From Candidatus Altimarinota bacterium (GTDB taxonomy: Bacteria; Patescibacteriota; Gracilibacteria; BD1-5; UBA6164): 64,000 nt of DNA. Made by a program: the position numbers and the translations under genes. The DNA is taken from positions 20,583 through 84,582 of the forward strand of contig JASMTS010000014.1 in NCBI GenBank assembly GCA_041694155.1, in the 5' to 3' direction. The notes under the pieces are model-generated. The model did no database searches. It was not told the origin of the DNA and was given only the letters and a program-made list of their open reading frames with translations. Of the stretch, positions 25,422-34,697 are shown in pieces. Position 1 is the first letter of the stretch. Every line of letters begins with the position of its first letter.

Positions 25422-26561
25422 ATGGATCTTTTTATTAAATTATTAAAAGAGGTATCAAAAAATAATATACAATTAATAAAACCTTTAAAAAAAAGTAATA
25501 TAACTCAAAATCCAGTTATATTTTGATATGGTAAAGTGCCAAACTTAAAAGAATATAGATATATTTATTTATGAAAACTTTATAATCAAAAATTAAAACT
25601 AGAAAAAATAAATAAAAGAATAAAAAAATTAAAAAATGAGCTCTGACCTCAAAAATATAAGATTTTGAAGTCAGAAATAAGTTATATATACAAAAAAATA
25701 GATTTTTTAAAAAATGTTTATGATTTTGAGGCCAATAAGATAGATCCAAAATACAAAATATCATATCCTGATATGGATTATGATTATTATAATAAAGCAT
25801 TCTTTTGAGTAAAAAAGCTTGATATATGCTTTGATGTTGTAATAGAACCTGATAATAATAATTATCAGTATATCAATAAAAATACTTTAAAGGAACTGTT
25901 GGATTATTCAAAACAAAAAGTTCCATGATTAAAGTATAAATTTTGATCTTATGCTTTTATGTCTCATTCATCTTGAACCCTTGTTATACCAAACAAAAAA
26001 GAATATTCTAGTAGGGAATTAGTTACTTTGTTTTTTCATGAAATGACACATTTTTTTAGAAGGTATAATAATATAAAAAATTATGGTACTACTCATTGAT
26101 TTTCTGACTATATGAAGTATGAAGAATGATTTGCTTTATATAATGAATACTATTACTGACAAAAAATAATACCATGAATAAGTTATAATCCTTTTTATGA
26201 TGCTTGTTATTGTGTGTTACTCAATAATAAATTAAACAAAAAACAAAAACAAGAAAAAATATATAAAATATTAAAAGTAAAGTGATTTAGTAGAGAAAAA
26301 GCTATGCATTATTATTATCGTTTTTATCGTTATAGTTCATTTAAATCTGATCAATTTTTCTTAAAAGACTTGATATATACAAAATGATACAAAAAGGTAA
26401 AAAGATTATTAAAGCAAAACAAAAAAAATTATGATTTACTTTTTTCATGAAGAATATGACCAAAAATATTTAAAACTGATTTGGTAGATGCTAGTAATAA
26501 TTTTGATACTAAATTATATTTTGATAGTATTTTGTTAGAAATAAATAAAAAACTAGATTAA
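25422..26561 (+). CDS. DUF1704 (QEGLA-motif) putative metallopeptidase, short paralogue
   Basis: 379 aa. LVTLFFHEMTHFFRR (HExxH) followed by YEEGFALYNEYY (QEGLA-like). Confidence 0.55.
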
Positions 26562-26639
26562 CTTTTACATATTTTATAATTAATAAATACATAAAATAAG
26601 AGTCAACTAGAAAAAAACAAAAAATACTACCAAAAAATA

Positions 26640-26673
26640 AAAAATACATACAATTAAATTTGTATGTATTTTT
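26640..26673 (+). terminator. hairpin (terminator of upstream gene, or 5' leader structure of the pilin genes)
   Basis: AAAATACATACA / TGTATGTATTTT stem ending about 20 nt before the pilin-1 reading frame. Confidence 0.45.
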
Positions 26674-26692
26674 ATTTAACCCCTTTTAAAAA

Positions 26693-27265
26693 ATAATAAA
26701 TACAAATAAAAAAGGTTTTACCTTAGTAGAACTAATAGTAGTAATAACAATATTAACAATACTATGAACCATCTGATTCATATCACTGCAATGATATAGT
26801 AGTGCTTCAAGAGATAGTAAAAGAATAACAGATTTATGACAAATAAGAACATGAATTCAATTATATCAAGCAAAAAATTGAATATTACCAGAACCAAGTG
26901 ACTCAATAACAGTATGAAGTGGTAGTACAATATATACAATACAATGATATGCTTGAACATGAACACTAAGAGATATCATAGTAAATGATGATGCAAAAGA
27001 TCCACTAGAAGAAAACTACTATACATATACAACAAACTGATCAAAAACAAAGTTTCAACTACTAACATTATTAGAAAATAATAATACAGCATATAACAAT
27101 GTAATTCCAAAAACATATGCAAACTATGAGACAAGGAAGCCATATGTAATATGAGATAAACTATGAACACTATTAGAACCAACAACAAATATACCAGTAC
27201 AAGAGTTATGAAATAATGTAGATTTAACAGTTGATACAAATGAGTATTTGCCAATATTTTCGAGA
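26693..27265 (+). repeat. shared pilin N-terminal module, copy 1
   Basis: Paralogous to 28109-28690. An identical 59-nt run at 27042-27100 equals 28461-28519. Confidence 0.8.
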
Positions 27266-28078
27266 AAAGATGATACTATATATTCATGATTATTATTAGC
27301 TCAAGAAATGGAAAAAACATCTTGATCAGTGATTTTAGAGTCAAGTAATTTTGATCCACTCAATTTGACATTAAAAGAAACTATTACTTTAAATAGCAAT
27401 TATGATGGCTCACGTGATGCTAATTTTTCTCCATGGGATATTGCTTGGTATGAACCTACAAATGAAATATTATATTCTTTACATTGATACGGTTGTAATA
27501 GTTCTATTTATAAATCTTCAAATAGATGAGTATGATATACTACACATAGTATAATGGCTAACCATTGTTCAGGGGTAGGTAGTGTTGGTTCTACAGTAGT
27601 AGCACAGCATTATAGCTCAAATACAAGTTGACAAGATGCTTCATACGGAACTATAGATAGTATAAATTCTCAATTTAATACTGGTTGAAGATTTTACTGA
27701 TGAACTCCAATAGCATGAGATATATCAACCGATTCTATTTGGCGGGCTAATACTGCTTGTTGAACTTATAATTGGAGTTGTAAAAATTCTATAAGCAGAT
27801 TTTCTAACTCTGGTTCATGACCTCTTGAAACTATATATTTAGATTGATTTAGTGGTGGTATTGATAGTTTTGCTATGTCAGATAAATATATACTTGTTGT
27901 TAAATGGTCTACTAGTGATTGAAAGATTCATATTTATAATAGAGATTGAACTTATAATTGAGAGGTTTATATATGAAGTCCCATTAATTTTAGATGAATA
28001 ACTTATAACCATATAGATAAAGAGGTTTATTTACTAGAAAAAAGAAACTCTTGATCTGTTTTATATGTTTTAGATTAA
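26693..28078 (+). CDS. type IV pilin-like protein 1 (prepilin N-terminus, novel Cys-containing C-terminal domain); no canonical start codon
   Basis: 461 codons open from just after TAA 26687-26689. N-terminus (I)INTNKKGFTLVELIVVITILTILG has the class III signal with Glu at +5. Codon ATA 26693 aligns with the ATG of the paralogue. Confidence 0.6.
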
Positions 28079-28108
28079 TAAATATTTTTATTTTCCCTTT
28101 AATAAACT

Positions 28109-28690
28109 ATGCTAAACATTAATAAAAAAGCTTTCACTTTAGTAGAATTAATAGTAGTAATAACAATACTAGCGATACTATGAACGATATGATTCATATC
28201 ACTACAATGATATAGTAGTGAAGCAAGAGATAGTAAAAGAGTAACAGACTTATGACAAATAAGAACAGGTATCCAAGTATACCAAGCCAAAGAATGAGTA
28301 GTACCAGAACCAGATGAAACAAAAACAATAATATGAAGCTGAACAACAAACCTAGTAATCCAATGATATGCTTGAACTTGAACACTAAGAAATATCAAAG
28401 TAAATACTGATGCCAAAGATCCACTAGAAGATAATTACTACACATACTCAACCAACTGAGCAAAAACAAAGTTTCAACTACTAACATTATTAGAAAATAA
28501 TAATACAGCATATAACAATATAATCCCAAAAACATATGCTAATTATGAAACAAGAGAACCATATGCAATATGAGATAAATTATGAATATTACTAGACTCT
28601 ACAACTAATACACCAATTCAAGAACTATGAGAAACAGATATAGACTTGAATACAAACACAACAGAATATAAAGCAATATTTTCAAAATCA
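28109..28690 (+). repeat. shared pilin N-terminal module, copy 2
   Basis: Paralogous to 26693-27265 (see copy 1). Confidence 0.8.
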
Positions 28691-29410
28691 GATATTCAAA
28701 CACTTAGCTGAACACCATTATATGAAGAAATAGTTACAAAAAGTAATAATGAATGAGTAGAAGAAGAAAATATAGTATATTCAAGCTGTAAAGAAATACT
28801 TGATAACTGAGCTAGTACATGAGATGGAACATACACAATAGACCCAGAAAACGACTGAGTATGATTTGAAGTATATTGTGATATGACTACTGATTGAGGA
28901 GGGTGGACTAGAATTACACAAGAACTTTCAAAAGATATATTAGGTGTTTCTTTTGAAACTCCTTATTGATGAAATGTTAGTTGGGATAATTATAAAATAA
29001 AGATGTGACATAGTTCAAATGTTTCAGTAGATTGAAGAGCTGTAATCAATATACTTTTTGGTTATCAAGAGTTTTTTCTTTCTAATTATAGCCGGAAAGA
29101 TGTTAGTCCTTGAAGTGATACCTGGGACACTAATGATAGTGATGTAAATAATATTTATTCTTCAAATTGATCTGATAGTACTGCTTGAGATATAACATTT
29201 TGAACTTACAGTAATAACTATCCAACTGTATCAATATATGAACAATGATGATGAGGTAGTTCTGCTGATGCTACATTTAATTTTCCTTCAAATGGTATTA
29301 TTTTTGATAACGGTATAATATCTAATGACTTTGTTATTCGTTGAACTGAAGATGGAGGTCAGGTAGAATATGCTTATGTTTGGAATACTGGTTATATTTG
29401 GGTTAGGTAA
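28109..29410 (+). CDS. type IV pilin-like protein 2 with C-terminal fibrinogen-like YCDxxxxGGGW domain
   Basis: 433 aa. Prepilin motif MLNINKKAFTLVELIVVITILAILG. Residues encoded at 28784-28915 read SCKEILDNGASTGDGTYTIDPENDGVGFEVYCDMTTDGGGWTRI. Confidence 0.8.
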
Positions 29411-29415
29411 AATAT

Positions 29416-29449
29416 AAAAAACTGAAGAATCTAGATTCTTCAGTTTTTT
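29416..29449. terminator. bidirectional hairpin terminator
   Basis: AAAAAACTGAAGAAT / ATTCTTCAGTTTTTT stem between pilin 2 and the convergent response regulator. Confidence 0.6.
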
Positions 29450-29927
29450 ATACATTTATATTTATACTTATTTCTATATCGGGAGCTTCTTCTCACATAG
29501 GGTTTTTCATTTTAAAAACATTTAATCCTGGTTTTATGTATATTGGTCATTCTTCCTCATTTGGCTTTTTTATAATATTTTTTATTCTTTCTACCATATC
29601 ACTAGGATTTGTATCAGATTTTATTACATAGTCATCTGCTCAATTTTCAATTGCTTCCTGTAGTTTTTCTTTATCAACAATATTTGTAAAAACAAGTATT
29701 TTAGAGTGACAAGACGTTTGTTTTTTAATTGATTTAAGAGTATCAAATCAGTTCATTACTGGCATCATAAGGTCTAGTAGTACTACATCTGGATCAAACT
29801 CAGATATTTTTGTTAATCAATTTAATCAATCTTCTGCTTCCATTACTTCAAAACCTGATTTTTTAAGCTTTATAGCATACATTTCACTTAAAACTTTATC
29901 ATCTTCTATTATTAATATTTTTTTCAT
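29448..29927 (-). CDS. response regulator, receiver domain with short C-terminal extension and no DNA-binding domain
   Basis: 159 aa. MKKILIIEDD, DVVLLDLMMPVMNG (phospho-Asp), LVFTN and ADDYVIKS, followed by about 35 extra residues. Confidence 0.8.
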
Positions 29928-29940
29928 AATTTATTTTTTA

Positions 29941-30642
29941 TTAAGTTAAATTTAATTCAAAGTAAAAATTACTTCATTCTCATAATTTTGATTTTACTTT
30001 TATTTCTGATCAAAAATCTTTTATAAAATTTTTACATAGGGCAAGTCATAATCATAATCAATTTGTATTCTGCCTTTGCATACTTGATTCTACCTGTGTA
30101 AATTTATTAAATAATAATTCTACTTTTTCTTCAGGAATTCATATTCAATTATCAATTATTTCAAAAAGTACTTTTTTATTGTTTTTACTTGCTTTTAAAA
30201 TTATTTTTCATCATTTTTCTGTAAATTTTATTGCATTATTCAATAGATTTATAAATACTTGTTTTATTCTATCTTCATCTATATTTATTTTTCTTTCCTT
30301 TAGGTTTTTATCTATATTTATCTCAAATTCTATTCATTTTGTTTCCATCTCTAAAAACATATCATTATATATCGATTTTAATAGTTCAGTTATGTAAATA
30401 TTTTTTTTGTAATATTCCATTCTTCATGATTCTATTTTTGATAATGCTAATACATCATTTACTAAATTTATAAGTCTTACAGAACTATCATAACAATGGT
30501 TTAATGCCTTTCTGGCTTCATCACTTATTTCTCACATATCTCATTCTAATATCATTGACATGTATCATCTAATAGACGTTAAGGGTGTCCTTAGCTCATG
30601 TCATACTATTGATATATATTCCTGATTTTTTTTATCACTCAT
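29941..30642 (-). CDS. histidine kinase core (HisKA + HATPase_c) without TM or sensor domain
   Basis: 233 aa. H-box VGHELRTPLTSIRGY, N-box FINLLNNAIKFT, G1 IDNGIGI, G2 GLGLGLALCK. Confidence 0.8.
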
Positions 30643-30728
30643 CTTTCAGACAAAGTTATTAATTATTTATCTATTTTAATAGTATCATATTTTTATATTA
30701 AATACCTAAAAAAAGTATTAATTTTGTT

Positions 30729-30756
30729 TTGACAAATGCTTGTTTTTTAATATAAT
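30729..30756 (+). promoter_or_regulatory. sigma70-like promoter upstream of tRNA-His
   Basis: TTGACA (30729-30734), a 16-nt spacer, then TATAAT (30751-30756), about 30 nt upstream of the tRNA. Confidence 0.4.
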
Positions 30757-30787
30757 CAGCCTGCTTTTTGTAAAAGTAACTATCTAT

Positions 30788-30865
30788 GGTGCCTGTAGTT
30801 TAGTTGGTTAGAACATCGGGTTGTGATTCCGAGGGTCGTGGGTTCGAGTCCCATCAGGCACCCCA
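30788..30865 (+). tRNA. tRNA-His (anticodon GTG) with encoded G-1 and CCA
   Basis: Cloverleaf: G-1, acceptor GTGCCTG/CAGGCAC, anticodon stem TCGGG/TCCGA with loop TTGTGAT, T arm GTGGG-TTCGAGT-CCCAT, discriminator C, then CCA. Confidence 0.9.
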
Positions 30866-31048
30866 TTTTTTTTGATTTATTTTTGTTTAAATTAAAAGTT
30901 TTCAAGTAGAAAGTTTTAAGTCCTAACTTGCTTTTTACTACATAGATTTTTAATTTTTATTTTATTGTTAAAGCCTTAAAAAACACAAAATAAAGATAAA
31001 AATTTTATTAAATTAAATTTATTTTATTACTTAACTTATATTTGCATT

Positions 31049-32197
31049 ATGGCAAAAAATGATTTAGCTCTGTTTGAAGAGTTGTTTGCTGCATCTCCTG
31101 AAATTAAATATCCTAAACAAGGAGAAGTTATTTCTGGTACTATAGTAAAAATAGAAAAGAAAAATATATTGGTAAATGTTAACAATCAATTTACTGGACT
31201 TGTTGTTTCAAAAGAAGTAGGTAACACTATTGATATAAATGAATTACAAGCTGGTCAAGCTATCGATGTTATGGTTTTGGGTGACTCTGTAGAAAGAGGT
31301 TTATTAATTCTTTCTCTTAAAAGAGCTAACCAAATCAAAAACTTATCAAATCTTACTAAATACAATGAAAACAGTGAAATTATTACTGTTAAACCAACTG
31401 AAGCTAATAAATGAGGTTTATTAGTAGATATTGATGGGTTAAAAGGTTTTATACCTGTTTCTCAATTAACTCCTATTCACTATCCAAGAGTAGAATGAGC
31501 TGATCCTGAAAAAATTCTTGCTCACTTAGACGGTCTTGTTGGTGAACCTTTCAAAGTAAGAGTTATAAATGTAGACGAAGCTGGTAAAAAAATTATATTC
31601 TCAGAAAAAGCTGCTATTGAAGAAAATAGAGAAAAAGCATTAAGCACTTTAAAAGAAGGTGATGTAGTTGAAGGTACTGTTTCAGGTATATTATCATATG
31701 GTTTATTCGTTACTTTTGATTGATTAGAAGGTTTAGTTCACGTTTCTGAAATAGATTGGGGGCATGTTACAGATCCTTCAAAATTTGCTAAAGTATGAAT
31801 GAAAGTAAAAGTAAAAGTTATAGGACTTGATAGCGAAAAAATTTCACTATCTATAAAGAGATTAAAAGAAAACCCTTGGGATACTCTTGCAAAAAAATAC
31901 AAATTGAATGACTCTATTACTGCTCCAATTTCAAGAATTTCAAAATTTGGTGCGTTTATGGATTTAGAAGGTGGTATACAAGGTCTTATTCACTTATCTG
32001 AAATATCTCACGGTGTTGTTAAAGATATAAGAGATCATGTAAAAGTAGGTGAAGAAGTTACTGCTAAAATAATCAATTTTGAACCAGAAAAGAAAAGAAT
32101 TGGTTTATCTTTAAAAGCTTTACAAGAAGCTCCTAAAGAAACAGAAGCAAAAGAAGAAACTAAAAAAGAAGAAAAAGAAGAAGAATCTTCTAAATAA
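31049..32197 (+). CDS. rpsA: 30S ribosomal protein S1 (short form, four S1 domains)
   Basis: Track ORFs 31049-31414 and 31799-32197 are one frame joined through TGAs (382 aa). Repeated S1 motifs are present (G.V..I...G..V, GLVHVSEI, GLIHLSEIS). Confidence 0.85.
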
Positions 32198-32218
32198 TTT
32201 TTAAAATTTAAAATAAAT

Positions 32219-32254
32219 AATAACTCTGGGAAGTTATAAAAACACAGAGTTATT
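32219..32254 (+). other. hairpin between rpsA and rpsB (terminator/attenuator or rpsB leader structure)
   Basis: AATAACTCTG / CAGAGTTATT 10-bp stem with a 16-nt loop and no clear T tract. Confidence 0.3.
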
Positions 32255-32320
32255 ATATTAAGGCTATCCTGTCTATATTTAGATATGCCTGCTTTATATA
32301 ATAATAAACTTAAGGAAAAT

Positions 32321-33121
32321 ATGAATAAAACAGTATTAAATAAAATGTTTGATAATTTATTACATATAGGTAATAAATCTAACTATTGGAATCCAAAAAT
32401 GAAATCTTATATATATGGATCAGTTAATGGTATCCATGTTATAGATTTAACTAAAACTGCTGAAAAATTAGAAGAAGTTAAATCAGAAATAAAAGAATTA
32501 CACGAATCAGGTAAAAAAATATTATTTGTTGCTACAAAGTTACAAGCAAGAGATTCTATAAGTAAATTAGCTAGTGATTCAGGTCACTACTATGTTGCCG
32601 AAAAATGGGTTCCTGGTTTGTTAACAAACTTCAAAACTATTAAAAAAAGAATTTCTACATATATCAAATTATCAAAAGATTTAGAAAATGGAGCTTTTGA
32701 TATGTTAACTAAAAAAGAAAAAGCAGCAAAAATGCTAGAACATGAAAAATTAGAAAAAGCATATGCTTGAGTAAAAGACATGAAAAAATTACCAGATGTT
32801 GTTTTTGTTGTTGATGGTGTATATGAAGATCAAGCTGTTAGAGAAGCTAACTCTCTAAATATCAAATCATTTGCTATACTTAATACAAATGGTGATGATA
32901 CTTTAGTAGATAATTGTATACCTTCTAACACAAATGCAGTTAAATCAATAGAATTTTTAGCTAATGAATTAGCTGGTTCTCTAAAAGGTACTGCAAAAAA
33001 AACTAATACTGCTAGAGTTAAAAAAGTAGATGATAAAAAAGTTAGTGGTGAGAAAAAAACTACTAGAAAACCTGCTGTAAAAAAAGCTCCAGCTAAAAAA
33101 GAAGAATCACAAGAAAAATAA
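32321..33121 (+). CDS. rpsB: 30S ribosomal protein S2
   Basis: 266 aa. Start taken at ATG 32321, preceded by AAGGA. LLHIGNKSNYWNPKM, GIHVIDL, ILFVATK and VFVVD...AVREA are typical of S2. The Lys-rich tail continues through a TGA into track ORF 32780-33121. Confidence 0.9.
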
Positions 33122-33184
33122 TATTGCAATTTTAGAGGAATAATTATTATATAGTTATTCCTTATTCTTTAAAGAAATAAAAAT

Positions 33185-33511
33185 ATGAATAATAGTGAAA
33201 GCCATAATGAAAGAGTAAAAAATGCTCTTTGTTACATACCTATCGTAGCTTTTGTTTTATTTTTTATAGAAGAAAATAAAACACCAGACTTAGATAGAAA
33301 TATCAAATACGGTATGATATTTTTCTGAGTGTATTTTATACTTACTCTTATAATATCATGGTTGTTTACTGGTTTATTATTTTTGATTTACATTTGAATT
33401 AGTATATATTTTGGTTACAAAGCATATAATGGTGAAGATGTAAAAGTAGAATTTATTGATAATTTATTAGAAAAAAATTCTAATAATTCAAATAAAGAAA
33501 AAAAAGACTAA
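33185..33511 (+). CDS. small membrane protein (two TM helices), hypothetical
   Basis: 108 aa. ALCYIPIVAFVLFFIE and a second hydrophobic segment. Lies between rpsB and tsf. Confidence 0.45.
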
Positions 33512-33538
33512 TTTTATAATTTAATACTAATTAAAATT

Positions 33539-34324
33539 ATGGCAATTACAGCTGCTCAAATAAAAGAATTAAGAGAAATTACAGGTATCGGTATGATGGA
33601 ATGTAAAAAAGCTCTTACTGAAACAGATGGTGATATGGAAAAAGCTATTGAAGAATTAAGAAAAAAAGGTTTAGCAAAAGCTGCTAAAAAATCTGATAGA
33701 GATACTTTTGAAGGTGGTATTAAAATACTTACTGAAGGTAATAAAGCTTATGTTGTATCTGTTTCTTGTGAAACTGATTTCTTAGCTAATTCTGATAAAT
33801 TTAAAGCTATGTTAGAAAAAGTAGCTGAATTTTTAAAAGAAAATGGTGCTGATTCAAAAGAAGCTGCTCAAGAATTCATCAATTCTAACTATGCATTAGA
33901 AATGGGTGAGAACTTACAAATATCTAACTACAAAATAGTAGAAGGTGATGTTGTAGCTGAATATGTTCACTCTAATGGTAAATTAGCTGCATTGGTAGTT
34001 GCTAAAGATGGAACTGATCAAGAAAAAGTTAGACAAGTTGCTATGCATGTAACTGCAAGTAATCCTGAATACTTATCTCCAGAAGAAATTTCTGATGAAG
34101 CATTAGAAAAAGAAAAATCTATTCAATTAGAAATGATGAAAAATGATCCAAAAATGGAAGGTAAACCAGAAGATGTATTGTTAAAAATCATCGAAGGTAA
34201 AATGGGTAAATTCAAATCTGAAATCTCATTAACTGAACAACCTTTTGTTATAGATCCAAATACTAAAGTAAAAGATTTTATCTGAGAAGGTAACTTACAA
34301 GCTTTTTATAGATTTTCTATATAA
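33539..34324 (+). CDS. tsf: translation elongation factor Ts
   Basis: 261 aa. Contains ITAAQIKELREITGIGMMECKKALTETDGDMEKAIEELRKKG (UBA-like N domain) and SCETDFLANSD. Extends one TGA past track ORF 33539-34285. Confidence 0.9.
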
Positions 34325-34363
34325 TAAAACACTCTCTCTTAATCAAACAAGAGAGAGAATTAT

Positions 34364-34438
34364 AGTCCCATAGTTAAACGGCTATAATTCAGGACTCCAA
34401 ATCCTGCGTTCTAGGTTCGATTCCTAGTGGGACTGCCA
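34364..34438 (+). tRNA. tRNA-Trp (anticodon CCA)
   Basis: Acceptor AGTCCCA/TGGGACT, anticodon stem CAGGA/TCCTG with loop CTCCAAA, T arm CTAGG-TTCGATT-CCTAG, discriminator G, encoded CCA. Confidence 0.9.
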
Positions 34439-34440
34439 TT
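34418..34440 (+). repeat. att-like direct repeat copy 1 (3' end of tRNA-Trp)
   Basis: CGATTCCTAGTGGGACTGCCATT, identical to 34593-34615. Confidence 0.85.
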
Positions 34441-34592
34441 TACAACAAAAAATACCCTAAGCGAAAGCGTGGGGTATTTTTAGTTGTAAAAGATAATTTG
34501 TACTAAGGAATCGAAAGGAGGGTATTTGCGAATGCAAATATTTAATTGCGATGAATAAGAGCAATTAAAACGGTGTCTGACCCGAAGGGCAA
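34441..34592 (+). other. GC-enriched structured spacer between the two tRNA 3'-end copies
   Basis: Long hairpin TTACAAC-AAAAAATACCC...GAAA tetraloop...GGGGTATTTTT-GTTGTAA. Three short hairpins follow (TATTTGC/GCAAATA, TTAATTGC/GCAATTAA, CCC-GAA-GGG), enclosed by GGAATCG/CGATTCC. No ORF. Confidence 0.3.
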
Positions 34593-34615
34593 CGATTCCT
34601 AGTGGGACTGCCATT
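34593..34615 (+). repeat. att-like direct repeat copy 2
   Basis: Exact 23-nt copy of the tRNA-Trp 3' end with no 5' tRNA half upstream. Confidence 0.85.
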
Positions 34616-34697
34616 AAAAAATAAAAAAATTTATTGCACTTTTAAATATTATTTTTATTACTTATAAATTACTATTATAGTTTTTTCATATTAATAA

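Noticed and set aside
26778-28416. Minus-strand track ORFs inside the pilin region (26778-26966, 26976-27254, 28099-28416, 28194-28385), which look like hydrophobic small proteins.
   Set aside because: They are antisense to long plus-strand frames that have clear prepilin and fibrinogen-like motifs. Their apparent hydrophobicity is a mirror effect of AT-rich coding DNA.
32285-32320. Upstream ATG at 32285 as the rpsB start, as given in the ORF track.
   Set aside because: The 12 extra residues are not S2-like. ATG 32321 is preceded by AAGGA and yields the canonical S2 N-terminus.
34441-34615. Possibility that the structured segment plus the second tRNA-like 3' end is a tmRNA, a permuted tmRNA piece, or an intron-containing or split tRNA such as the expected tRNA-Gly(UCA).
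   Set aside because: There is no 5' acceptor strand (AGTCCCA) and no T-stem 5' half (CTAGG) upstream of the second copy. No plausible tag reading frame ends in a hydrophobic tail; the best candidate is only 5 codons. No UCA anticodon loop is present. The duplicated 23-mer is better explained as an att scar.
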